The notes under the pieces are model-generated. The model was given only the letters and a program-made list of their open reading frames with translations. It was not told the DNA's origin and ran no database searches. From Octopus sinensis (taxonomy: Eukaryota): a DNA stretch of 64,000 nucleotides. Position numbers and translations under genes: made by a program. The DNA lies in contig NC_043004.1 in the NCBI RefSeq assembly GCF_006345805.1, positions 106,578,001-106,642,000 on the forward strand, written 5' to 3'. Positions 51,488 through 64,000 of this stretch are shown one piece after another (position 1 is the stretch's first letter; every line of letters begins with the position of its first letter).

Positions 51488-51554
51488 TGGGAGACAAAAG
51501 AGCATAAAGAAAACAATATCGTTAAAGTGTGTATATATATATGTATATATATAT

Positions 51555-51598
<44 letters not shown>

Positions 51599-51913
51599 AA
51601 TATATATGGCTGAGGGCAAAAGTACACGTGTGTGTGTATTTGCGTGTATGAAGGTACGTATGCATGTATGTATATATTTATGCATAGATATACATACATA
51701 TATTTATACATATATATACATGCATAAATATATACTTACAAACATACATACACACTGGCGGGTGCACACACACTCACACACACACACACCATAACAGTAC
51801 TTGAACGTGGTACTTGCCTATTTGGAGTGATGACATTGATCCTTATCTGAGTATTAGCGTACAATATATCAAGGTATGTTTTTTTCTTTAATCTTTCTAC
51901 ATCAAGCACACGT

Positions 51914-51997
<84 letters not shown>

Positions 51998-52016
51998 GCA
52001 TCTATATGTGTATGTA

Positions 52017-52047
<31 letters not shown>

Positions 52048-52126
52048 GAGCGTGTGTATGTGTATGCATGGGTGTATGTGCGTGCATTTATGAAAGTAGA
52101 TATATAAGATGTAAAAATCGACAGAC

Positions 52127-52586
52127 ATTACTTGATAGAAAATGGAGCAAAAATATTTGTTGAAAGATCACACACACACACACACACACACACAGGGATA
52201 GGCTTATATGTATGTGTATATATACATACATACATACATACATACACATACATACATACATACTACATACATACATACATACAAACATACATGCATACAT
52301 ATATACATCATACATACATACATACATACATGCATGCATGCATGCATACATACATACATACATACATACATACATACATACATACATACAAACATATATA
52401 CATACATACATACATACATACATACATACTTGCATGCATACATACATGCATACATACATACATACATACATACATACATACATGCATGCATACATACATG
52501 CATACATACATACATACATACATATATACATACATACATACATACATATATACATACATACATACATACATACATACATACATACA

Positions 52587-52617
<31 letters not shown>

Positions 52618-52823
52618 TACTTGATAGAAAATGGAGCAAAAATATTTGTTGAAAGATCACACACACACAGACACAGGGATAGGCTTATATGTATGTGTAT
52701 ATATACATACATACACACATACATTCATACATACATACATACATACATACATACATACATACATAAATGCATGCATACATACATACATACATGCATGCAT
52801 GCATACATACATACATACATACA

Positions 52824-52857
<34 letters not shown>

Positions 52858-55081
52858 CATACATACATACATACATACATACATACATACTTGCATGCAT
52901 ACATACATGCATACATACATACATACATACATACATACATACATACATACATGCATACATACATACATACATACATGCATACATAGATACATACATACAT
53001 ATATATATACATACATACATACATGCATACATTCATACATACATACATACATGCATACATACATGCATGCATACATACATGCATGCATACATACATACAT
53101 ACATACATACATACATACATACATACATACATACATTCATACATACATACATGCATACATTCATACATACATGCATACATACATACATACACACATACAT
53201 ACATGCATGCATACATACATACATACATACATACCTACATACATGCATACATACATACATACATAATACATACATACATACATACATACATTCATACATA
53301 CATACACACATACATACATACATGTATACATACATACATACATACATACATGCATGCATTCATACATACATACATACATACATACATACATTCATACATA
53401 CATACATACATACATGCATACATTCATACATACATGCATACATACATACATACATACATGCATACATACATACATACATGCACGCATACATACATACATG
53501 CATGCATACATACATACATACATACACACATACATACAAGCATAATACATACATACATACATACATTCATAGATACATACACACATACATACATGCATAC
53601 ATACATGCATGCATACATACATGCATGCATACATACATGCATACATACATACATACATACATACATACATACATTCATACATATATGAATACATACATAC
53701 ATACATACATACATACATACATGCATACATACATACATACAGACATACATACATGCACGCATACATACATACATGCATGCATACATACATACATACACAC
53801 ATACCTACATGCATACATACAGACATACAGACATACAAACATACATACATACATGCACGCATACATACATGCATGCGTGCATACATACATACATGCATGC
53901 ATACATACACTCATACACACATACATACATACATGTATATATACATACATACATACAAACATACATGCATACATACATACATACATACATACATACATAC
54001 ATACATGCATACCTACCTACATACATACATACATGCATACATATATACATACATACATATAAACATACATACATATAAACATACATACGTACGTGCATAC
54101 ATACATACATGCATGCATGCATGCATACATACACACATACCTACCTACATACATACATGCATACATACATGCACGCATACATACATACATGCATACATAC
54201 ATTCACACATACATACATACATACATGCATACATATATACATACATACATACATATATACATACTTACGTGCATACATACATACATACATACATACATGC
54301 ATACATATATACATACATACATACATACATATATACATGCATACGTACGTGCATACATACATACATACATACATACATGCATGCATACATATAAACATAC
54401 ATACGTACGTGCATACATACATACATACATGCATGCATGCATGCATGCATACATGCACACATACCTACCTACATACATACATACATGCATACATACATGC
54501 ACGCATACATACATACATGCATACATACATTCACACATACATACATACATACATGCATGCATACATATATACATACATACATACATACATACATACATAC
54601 ATACATACATACATACATACATACATACATACATACGTACATGCATACATACATACATACATACATACATACATACATACATACATACATACATACATAC
54701 ATACGTACGTGCATACATACATACTTACATACATACATGCATACCTACATACATACATGCATAGATATATACATACATACATATAAACATACATACATAT
54801 AAACATACATACGTACGTGCATACATACATACATACATACATGCATGCATGCATGCATACATACATACACACATACCTACCTACATACATACATACATGC
54901 ATACATACATGCACACATACATACATACATACATGTATACATACATTCACACATACATACATACATACATACATACATCCATACATGCATACATATATAC
55001 ATACAAACATACATATATACATACATACGTACGTGCATACATACATACATACATACATACATACATACATGCATACATATA

Positions 55082-55115
<34 letters not shown>

Positions 55116-55360
55116 CATACATACGTACGTGCATACATACATACATACATGCATGCATACATATAAACATACATACGTACGTGCATACATACATACATGC
55201 ATGCATTCATGCATACATACACACATACCTACCTACATACATACATGCATACACATACATACATACATACATACATGCATACATATATACATACATACAT
55301 ACATATATACATACATGCGTACGTGCATACATACATACATACATGCATACATAATATACA

Positions 55361-55394
<34 letters not shown>

Positions 55395-55720
55395 CATGCA
55401 TACGTACGTGCATACATGCACGCATACATACATACACACATGCATACATACATACATACATACATACATACATGCATACATATATACATGCATACATACA
55501 TATATACATACATGTGTACGTGCATGCATACATACATACATACATACATACATACATACATACATACATACATACATACATGCATACATATATACATACA
55601 TACATACATACATATATACATACATGCGTACGTGCATGTATACATACATACATACATACATATATACATACATACGTATGTGCATACATACATACATACA
55701 TACATACATACATGCATACA

Positions 55721-55754
<34 letters not shown>

Positions 55755-55850
55755 CATACATACATACATACATACATACATACATACATACATGCACGCA
55801 TACATACACACATACATACATACATACATACATGCGTACATACATACATA
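52127..55850. repeat. 3.7-kb (CATA)n satellite with higher-order structure
   Basis: Directly visible. It is the source of all HTYI/MYVC ORFs. Confidence 0.97.
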
Positions 55851-55934
55851 AGTTTCATTGATTTATTCACTCACGAGTGTCGCTGATAGGTTTACAGGCT
55901 GACCAATAGCATTGACTATTCCATTCGTAATCAC

Positions 55935-56181
55935 TCACGTGTCCTCCATCACCATGTGAGGGACTCGATCAATATTTTCCTCGTTGGTGGCAGTTGCAGA
56001 ACATTCAGACCTTGGGCAGTTTTCAACACTCTCCCTTCCTCCCCTAAATTCAGCTGCCCACTTTTGCACGGTTGATAAAGCTGGAACGTTATCCCCTAAT
56101 GTAGCAATCATGTTGGCATGAATCCCCTTGTGGGTTAAACTCTTTTTCTGCAGGTATTTGATAACAACACGTTGCCAAATT
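55935..56181 (-). mobile_element. mariner transposase N-terminal (HTH) fragment
   Basis: QRVVIKYLQKKSLT..IH..M..TLGDNVPALSTVQKWAAEFRGGRESVE..PRS. Confidence 0.8.
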
Positions 56182-56190
56182 GTGTCCATT

Positions 56191-56597
56191 CTCTTTTTAC
56201 TCTTTTACTTGTTTCAGTCATTTGACTGTGGCCATGTTGGAGCACCGCCTTTTGTTGAGCAAATCGACCCCAGGACTTATTCTTTGTAAGCCCAGTACTT
56301 ATTCTATCGGTCTATTTTGCCGAACCGCTAAGTTACGGGGACGTAAACACACCAGCATCGGTTGTCAAGCGATGTTGGGGGGACAAACACAGACACACAA
56401 ACATATACACATACATATATATATACACATATATACAACGGGCTTCTTTCAGTTTCCGTCTACCAAATCCACTCACAAGGCTTTAGTCGGCCCGAGGCTA
56501 TAGTAGAAGACACTTACCCAAGGTGCCACGCATGGGACTGAACTCGGAACCATGTGGCTGGTAAGCAAGCTACTTACCACAGAGGCACTCCTACGCC
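56191..56597 (-). mobile_element. SINE family A
   Basis: Full head, body and tail. Confidence 0.85.
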
Positions 56598-57217
56598 ATT
56601 TTCAAGAGAAGTCGCTACTAGTTACTTTTTAAGTCTTCTTTGAAGAGTCAGATGTTAGTTTACCTGAAACCAAAATGCAGTTACTAAAAGGAAGTGTTGG
56701 AATCAACGCATGCGAGATTTCACAGCTCTCGTATCACTCTTTCGTACTCAGCACACGAACTTTGAACTTTTCAACCCTCCTTCGTATGTCTTCAGTGAAT
56801 CGGCAAAACGTACAACTTTCAAAATTTTATTACACCTTTATATACATGTAATCGTCGGTATACATACACACCACGCGCGCACAAATGCACGCATACACAC
56901 ACCCGAATGGTTAAGAGTGTTGTTTCGCAACTTTGTGGTTCTTGGTTCGATCCTTCGTCAGAGCATCTTCGGCAAATATTTTCTGGAGCTTCGGTTCAAC
57001 CTGTATCTTGTGAGTGAAACTGGGTCGGCGGATAACTTACAGAAGCCCATTTAGTGGGATGTACCTGTAATTCAATGGGCAGAGGCTTTGTCACACAGAT
57101 TCCGGTTTTGAGTTATGCGGAAAGTCACGTGTTTATGAAATTCTCAATAACTTACTCATTAATTCGGAGGAAGATAATTCACTTGATCGAACGTGAATCT
57201 TCATTGCAGAATGGAGT

Positions 57218-57263
<46 letters not shown>

Positions 57264-58319
57264 TAACAAATTAATAAATAAAACATATGCATATATACAT
57301 ACATATATGTACGTACCTACCTCTACATGTATATATACATGCATATATGGGTACAGGACACCAAAAAAACGTCGAACACAATGAGAAACGAAAACATTAA
57401 CACAAAACCAAGGATTGGACATTTTTCTTAAACAACGAAAAAATAGAGTACAGGACATACAACACAAGGAAAATTCCCCTTCTTCAGTCGCCTCTGTTTC
57501 ATCTACTCCACGTTTTTGGGCCCAAGCGTAGCTTTGTGGTAAGAAGCTTGCTTCCCGACCAAGTCTTGGATTCGGTCCCGTTGCGAGCCACCTTTGACTA
57601 GTGTCTTCTACTATAGCCTTGGGCTGCCAAATGCTTTGTTTGTGAATTTAGTAAACGGAAAATGTGTGGAAGCACGTCGCGCGCGCGCACACGCACACAC
57701 GGCGAGCCTCCACAAGCTGTTCGTCTACCAAATTCACAAGACATTGGTCGGTCCAGAGCTATCGTAGAAGACATTTGTCCAAGTGGGATTGCTGCGAAGT
57801 CGGACCGCCACGAAGTCGGACCGCCACGAAGTCGGATTGCTGCGAGGTGGCCTTTCCGCGAAGTGGGACTGAACCCAAAACCACGGTTTCAAAATGAGTT
57901 TCTTAATCACACAGGCATGCCTGCAGAATTACATCCTCAACCGGTGTCCCATACTTAGCATACTCGGGGAGGGAATAGTTATTGCAATAGAAATCCAACG
58001 ATGTCTCTATCTCTTTCAACGTCTCTGTTTTCTGAATGACTTTACTCTTTGTACAGACAGACCGAAACGTTACTGTGTGACGTACAAATATTCACTTCCT
58101 CGCAGAGAGAAAAAGAAAAAAAATGTTAATCTGACATTCCACAACAACGACACGACCGGGTGGCTGAAGGGTGGCTGAAGGGTGGCTGAAGGCTGAGTAA
58201 ATTCAGAACCAGGGAAACGTTCTGAAGCAGGGAGAATATTGGCGACAGAAGAAAATTTGACGAAACAATGTAGAATTTCCGGGGAAGGACAATGAGGTGG
58301 GATAGAAATGTTTTACCCC

Positions 58320-58790
58320 GTGATCCACTCTCACCTCTCTCTCCCCTTCTCTATCTGTCAGTCTCTCTCTCTCTCTCTTTCTCTCTCTCCCTCACACAAA
58401 CACACACACACACATACACTATCTCTCTCTCTCTCCCTTTCTCTGTTTCTGTCTGTCTCTATCTTTCGCTCTCTGTCTCCCCCTCGCTCTCTCTCCCTCC
58501 TCACTTTCCTCCTTTCTCTCTCTTTATCTCTCTCTCTCTCACTCACCCTCTTTCTCTCTCTCTCCTTCTTTCTGTCTCCCCTCTCACTCACCCTCTTTCT
58601 CTCTTTTTATCTCTCTCTCCTTCTTTCTGTCTCCCCTCTCACTCACCCTCTTTCTCTCTTTTTATCTCTCTCTCCCTCTCACTCACCCTCTCTCTCTCTC
58701 TCTCCTTATCTCTCTCTCTCTCTCCTTATCTCTCTCTCTCCTTATCTCTCTCTCTCTCCTCCTTTCTCTCATTCTCTGTTGCTCACCCGA
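58320..58790. repeat. Polypyrimidine (CT-rich) tract with internal subrepeats
   Basis: ctctcactcaccctctttctct recurs. Confidence 0.9.
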
Positions 58791-59926
58791 AACTAAAGAA
58801 CAAACATTGCATTTATTGATTTTTATGGCTGAAAGGTCAACTGTAAGACGAGTTTCTTTAACACAGGCATTGGTTCCTTTTGTTTAAGGGTGCAGGGGCG
58901 GTACGTGTGTAGGTGGTGGCGGTGGCATCTGACGGGGTGGTCAGGGTGCAATGGAAAGTAGAAACTGACGGGTAGCGGGTGTAGTGGGGTGTTCATCGTT
59001 TCAGTACTTGTTTTTTCAATCATTTGATATTGGTACTGTTATAAACCCAAACTCGAAATATCAAAGTTAAAAAGGTTCTAATCGACTAAAAATACTGCAA
59101 TGAACAATACAAACAAAGATTGCTAAATTGTAAGCAAAACCAAACTTCAACGCAATAACATTTTATTATGCAGCGAGTTGCTACATTCTAGACTAACAAA
59201 AACCAACACTGAACACGTCGTGTCACAAACGGAACAGAACTCCGCGCAGTCGCACTGCAGGCATATAACAGCAATCGAGACAATCAAAATCACGTGATCA
59301 AAACTAAAATCACATCAGGTACATGACATCATTCACCCACACGACCTTCCCTCAGGACAGATAAAAAAGATAGGCCGAATAAGAGTGTGTGTGTGTTTGG
59401 GCACGCACGCACACACGCGTACACACACACACACACACACACACATACGATGGGTTTCCAGACAATTCCAGTCTTCCATATCATCTGAAAAGGCTTTGTT
59501 CAGCTCTAGGCTATGGAAGACACTTGCCCAGGGTGTCATCCAGTGGATCTGAACCCTAAACCTCATGGTTGCTGAGTAAGCTTCTTCACCACACTCACGT
59601 CTGCACCTCATTGTTGCTGTTGTTGTTGTTGCTGTTGTGTCTGTATTGTCGTTGCTAATGTTGTTTCAATGCCACCTTTATGTTTGTCGTTGTTGTTGCT
59701 GTTATCATTGCTATTGTTTGAGGCAGAATCCTCGGCACCCCGAGGGAAGATGCTCAGCGGCATTTCGTTAGTCTTTGCATTCTGAGTTCAAGTTCCGCCG
59801 ACGTCATCTTTGCTTTCATTCCCCTCTCGGGGTCAATGAAATAAGTACTAGTCAACCTGCCCCTCCCCTCAAAATGTTTGGCCTTCTGCCTGTAGTAGAA
59901 AGAATTATTATTGCTGTTGTTTACAT

Positions 59927-60178
59927 CAGTGGTTCTCTGCCATTTTATTTCGCTATGGACCCCTCTGATTCCTCTTTTACTCGGGTGGACCCTTATAACC
60001 ATCCTATGTTTAAACAATCCTATTATATTTTTTCACAATTAAATATTATTTGGGATTGGGTTAAAAAATTGTTGAAATATCTTGCGTATTGTATAATTAT
60101 ACTTCTATTTATTGCATATAAATTTTAAGAACAAAATCTTATATGAACCCTTAAAGGACTCTGGTTCAGAACTACTGA
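59927..60178. mobile_element. hAT-type MITE with 8-bp TSD
   Basis: cagtggttctc ... gaactactg, flanked by gtttacat / atttacat. Confidence 0.75.
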
Positions 60179-60363
60179 TTTACATCTTTCTTTAAGATTC
60201 TTATGCAACAACAACAATAACTAGAACAGCACCAATCTTATCAGGTATTATTGTTGCCTTTCTTACTGTCATCTGTTTGTTCACACCATGATCACACTTC
60301 CAGATCATAATAGCTTTCTTGATAACGACATTTGTAATATTTCATCAACCGGCAGATTTTACG

Positions 60364-60768
60364 ATGGCATTGCAGGCTAGGTACGATAGGCCAGATTCGG
60401 CCGGTTTTTGAATGGCATTCCAGGCTAGGTGTGATAGGCTGGATCCGGGTTGTTTCTGAACGACATTGCAGGCTAGGTGTGATAGGCCGGATCCGGCTGG
60501 TTTTTGAATGGCATTGCAGGCTAGGTGTGATGGGCCTGGTCCGGCCGGTTTTAGAATGGCACGGCAGGCTAGGTATAATTGGCCGGATCCAGTCGGTTTT
60601 TGAATGGCATTGCAGGTTAAGTGTGATAGACCGGATCCGGTCGATTTTTGGATAGCATTGCAGGTTAGGTGTGATGGCCGGATCCAGTCGGTGTTGGGAT
60701 GGCATTGCAGGCTAGATGTGATGGGCCAGATCCGGCCGGTTTCTGAATGGAATTGCAGGATAGGTGTC
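60364..60768. repeat. 48-bp GC-rich minisatellite, ~8.5 units
   Basis: Unit starts at 60364, 60412, 60460, 60508, 60556, 60604, 60652, 60699 and 60747. Confidence 0.95.
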
Positions 60769-61415
60769 AAGCAGTGGTGGTGAAAAATACAAACACAAAG
60801 ACGCATATTTTTTCATTAATATTTAGCACAAGCTGCAGAGTGACTCAGGGGCCAAAAGTTTCGTGCCTGCATTCATACATAACATAGGTGCAGGTGTGGC
60901 CGTGTGGTAAAAAGCTTGCTTCCCAACCACATGGTTCCAGGTTCAGTCACACTGCGTGGCACCTTGGCAAGTGTCCTCAACTATAGCCTTGGGCCAACCA
61001 AAGCCATATGAGTGGATTTGGTAGATGGAAATTAAAAGAAGCCCGTCGTGTGTGTGTGTGTGTGTGTGTGTGTCTATGCGTGTGCCTATATTTGTCTCCC
61101 CATCACCGCTTGACAACCGGTGTTGGTGTATTTGCATCCCTGTAACTTAGCAGTTCAGCAAATGGAACTGCTAGAATAAGGATTAAGTAAAAAAATAAAC
61201 TCCGGGATCGATTTGTTCAACTAAAATCTTTCATGGCAGTGCTCCAGCATGACCGCAGTCGAATGACTGAACGAAATAAAAGAATTAAGAATACATACAC
61301 ACACACATGCATACGTACATACATACATACACACATACATACACACATACATACACGCATACACACATACATACATACATACATACATATATACATACAT
61401 ACATACATACATACA

Positions 61416-61446
<31 letters not shown>

Positions 61447-62222
61447 GATGGGTTTCCTCACAGTTTCTGTCTACCAAATCCACTCACAAGGTACTGGTCC
61501 GCCTGGAGCTATAGTAGAAGGCACCACTGCGCAAGATTCCATGCAAAGGAACTGATCCCAAGTTTGCTTCTCAGCCACACAGCCAAATCTTTTTTGAATA
61601 ATCTGTCATAGATACATTCTATTAATATCTAACGCTACCTTTACACCTAGAATGCTACACCCATTTACATTATATATACTCATTCTGATATACACGTCTC
61701 ATTGATGAATAACCGCTTTATCGACTCGCACTCATTCTTAACCCTTTTTGTATGATAGCCGTACATTGATTAAAATCCTCCGTTTATTGTTATCTGTTAA
61801 GATGAGTTCAAGGATGGCAGTTTTGTTTAAGAGAAGAAAGAAATAGAAGAATATTAATTTTCAGACATCAGGAGCAAGCATGGCTGTGTGGTTAAGAAGC
61901 TTGCTTGGCAACCACTTGGTTTTCGGTTCAGTCCCACTGGTGCACCTTAGGTGTATGTCTTCCACTATAGCCCAGGGCTGACTAATACCTTCTTAGCGGA
62001 TCTGGTAAGGGGAAAATCTATAGAAGCGACTGAATATAACATACTGTTGTGTATTGTAAAGATGTAACACGTGCGCGCGCGCACCTCCTATGTTTCCGAT
62101 GAAGAGCTCCGCTCGAAACGTTAAACCCTCCTTCTTTTCTTCTTTCCTGAGCGTCCAATAATACTATATTTGTTCCACGTCCTCGCGTTGTTGTGTTTTT
62201 TTGTGCTTTCTTGTTTGGATTA

Positions 62223-62290
<68 letters not shown>

Positions 62291-62295
62291 AATAA

Positions 62296-62700
62296 AGGCG
62301 GAGGAGTGGCTGTGTGGTAAGTAGCTTGCTTACCAAACGTATAGCTCTGGGTTCAGTCCCACTGCGTGACTCCTTGGGCAAGTGTCTTCTACTATAGCCT
62401 CGGGCCAATCAAAGCATTGTGAGTGGATTTGGTAGACGGAAACTCAAAGAAGCCCGTCGTATATATTTATATATGTACATATATATATGGGTGTGTGTGT
62501 GTGTGTGTATACGTTTGTCTCCCCATCGCTTGACAACCGATGCTGGTGTGCTACGTCCCCGTAACTTAGCGGTTCGGCAAAAGCGACCGATAGAATAAGT
62601 ACTGAGCTTACAAAGAATAAGTCCTGGGGTCGATTTGCTCGAATAAATGCGGTGCTCCAGCATGGCCGCAGTAAAATGATTGAAACAAGTAAAAGAGTAA
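62296..62700 (+). mobile_element. SINE family A (another copy at 60886-61280)
   Basis: Full head, body and tail. Confidence 0.85.
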
Positions 62701-62798
62701 TCTATATAGTCAGAATTTACAAAAAAAAAGGAAAAGACGAAGACGGGTGTGTAAACTACAAACACATGAATTAGTTTAACGCTCGGGAAGTGAGAAAG

Positions 62799-62836
62799 TC
62801 TTTTACGTTTCGAGCCTACGCTCTTCGACAGAAAGG
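62799..62836 (-). ncRNA. Hammerhead-like motif with variant core (A6U)
   Basis: Minus strand: cttt-CUGUCGA-a-gagc gtag gctc-GAAA-cg-UA-aaag. Confidence 0.4.
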
Positions 62837-63258
62837 AACATAGAAATAAACAAGGAGAGAAAATAAAAAAAGGTATAGTGGCTAGCGATCTATCAAGGCG
62901 AATGCCGGGCAGATGGGTCACACAGGCGAGCTGGGAAGAAGGAGAGATAATAAATAAATAAGCTATGATGGAATTTCAGTACCGGTTTCAGTCATTGAGA
63001 CTTTTTCAACTGTATGTATGTAAAACAATCAAATTTTGGAAAAATTAAAAGAAAAGTTTTTTAAAACAATATTTGTATAGTGTTCAAATACAAAGAGCAT
63101 TTTCCTTGTTTCTGCCTGTCTCTGTCTCTTTTGTTTACTCTTGTCAAGAGTACTTTGGGTAAGTGTCTTCTGCTATTGCCTCGGGCCAACCAAAGCCTTG
63201 TGAGTGGATTTGGTAGACGGTAACTGAAAGAAGCCCGTCGTATATATATATATATATT

Positions 63259-63302
<44 letters not shown>

Positions 63303-63370
63303 TGTATGTATGTATGTATGTATGTATGTATGTATGTATGTATGTATATATATATATAATATATTATATA

Positions 63371-63404
<34 letters not shown>

Positions 63405-63410
<6 letters not shown>

Positions 63411-63793
63411 TATAAAGTTGAAGTTGTCTGTGTATGGCAGGTTTGGTAGCCTTCAACTAACACTATCTCCTCCGAGACCCTGAGGCGCAAGTTAACCAAT
63501 AATGATAGTATGATAGAAGAAGGCTTGCTCTTCCTTCCGTAGAACAAAAAATTCAAATCGGACCATGTTAACACCAAAAATTATTTACATGAAAAAGGTG
63601 CTTTTTTTCTATGAAAATCCCTATTTTTTTACGATTTTTTGACTGCTGCGTCGCCGTTTTTCGGTGGATTTCAACCAGAAAAATGTTCACTTAAAGAGAA
63701 TAACAAGCTACATAATGCAAAATTTTTACTTTTCAAAAATTCCAATTCTAAAGGGTCGAAACAAACCCGAGCAACGCCGGGCGATACTGCTAG
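63405..63793 (+). mobile_element. Non-autonomous Helitron nested in the microsatellite of a SINE-A (SINE halves at ~63150-63240 and 63795-64000)
   Basis: 3' hairpin cccg-agcaacgc-cggg (63766-81), then CTAG|T (63790-94). The 5' end tataaagttgaag emerges from (TA)n. Confidence 0.7.
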
Positions 63794-64000
63794 TGTATGT
63801 ATATGTCTCTGTGTCTGTATTTGTCCCCCACCATCACTTGACAACCGATGTTGGTGTATTTACGCCCCCATAACATAGCGGTTCGGCAAAAGAGATCGAT
63901 AGAGTAAGTACTAGGCTTACAAAGAATAAGTCCTGGGGTTGATTTGTTCGACTAAAGGCGGTGCACCAGTATGGCCGCAGTCAAATGACTGAAACAAAAA

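Noticed and set aside
52088-55886. Dozens of long HTYI/MYVC ORFs (up to 431 aa)
   Set aside because: They are translations of (CATA)n, which lacks stop codons. The same applies to the CV/HT/YI/LS ORFs throughout the track.
58823-59023. 66-aa ORF followed by AATAAA; another frame ends in a CXC-like QCLC
   Set aside because: No homology or start context, so it cannot be distinguished from chance.
57785-60768. CRISPR-like interpretation of short repeat arrays
   Set aside because: Eukaryotic context, no unique spacers and no cas genes.

Overview
AT-rich, repeat-saturated eukaryotic DNA. The SINE, LINE-tail and microsatellite repertoire looks like a coleoid cephalopod, probably Octopus (inferred from repeat families, not verified). 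I can identify no host protein-coding gene, rRNA, true tRNA or CRISPR array. Most ORFs in the track are microsatellite translation artefacts. The only long intact ORF (25627-27687) is the RT plus restriction-like endonuclease of a 5'-truncated R4/Dong-type non-LTR retrotransposon inserted in an (AAT)n tract. Decayed elements include Gypsy gag-PR-RT, two related solo LTRs, RTE and R4 RT fragments, a Penelope-like GIY-YIG remnant, several Tc1/mariner and hAT elements and MITEs, a non-autonomous Helitron, several tRNA-derived SINE families and a 3.7-kb (CATA)n satellite. The most interesting signal is a set of type I hammerhead-ribozyme (HHR) motifs at about seven loci. Two of them lie in unrelated ORF-less units of 362 bp and 463 bp. 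Both units are circularly permuted and are inserted between (TA)n tracts as a forward copy joined to an inverted copy. This is what retrozyme-like circular or multimeric RNAs would leave if reverse-transcribed from both ends of a (TA)n break, plausibly by a Penelope-like element. All folds were paired by eye, and ribozyme activity is untested.
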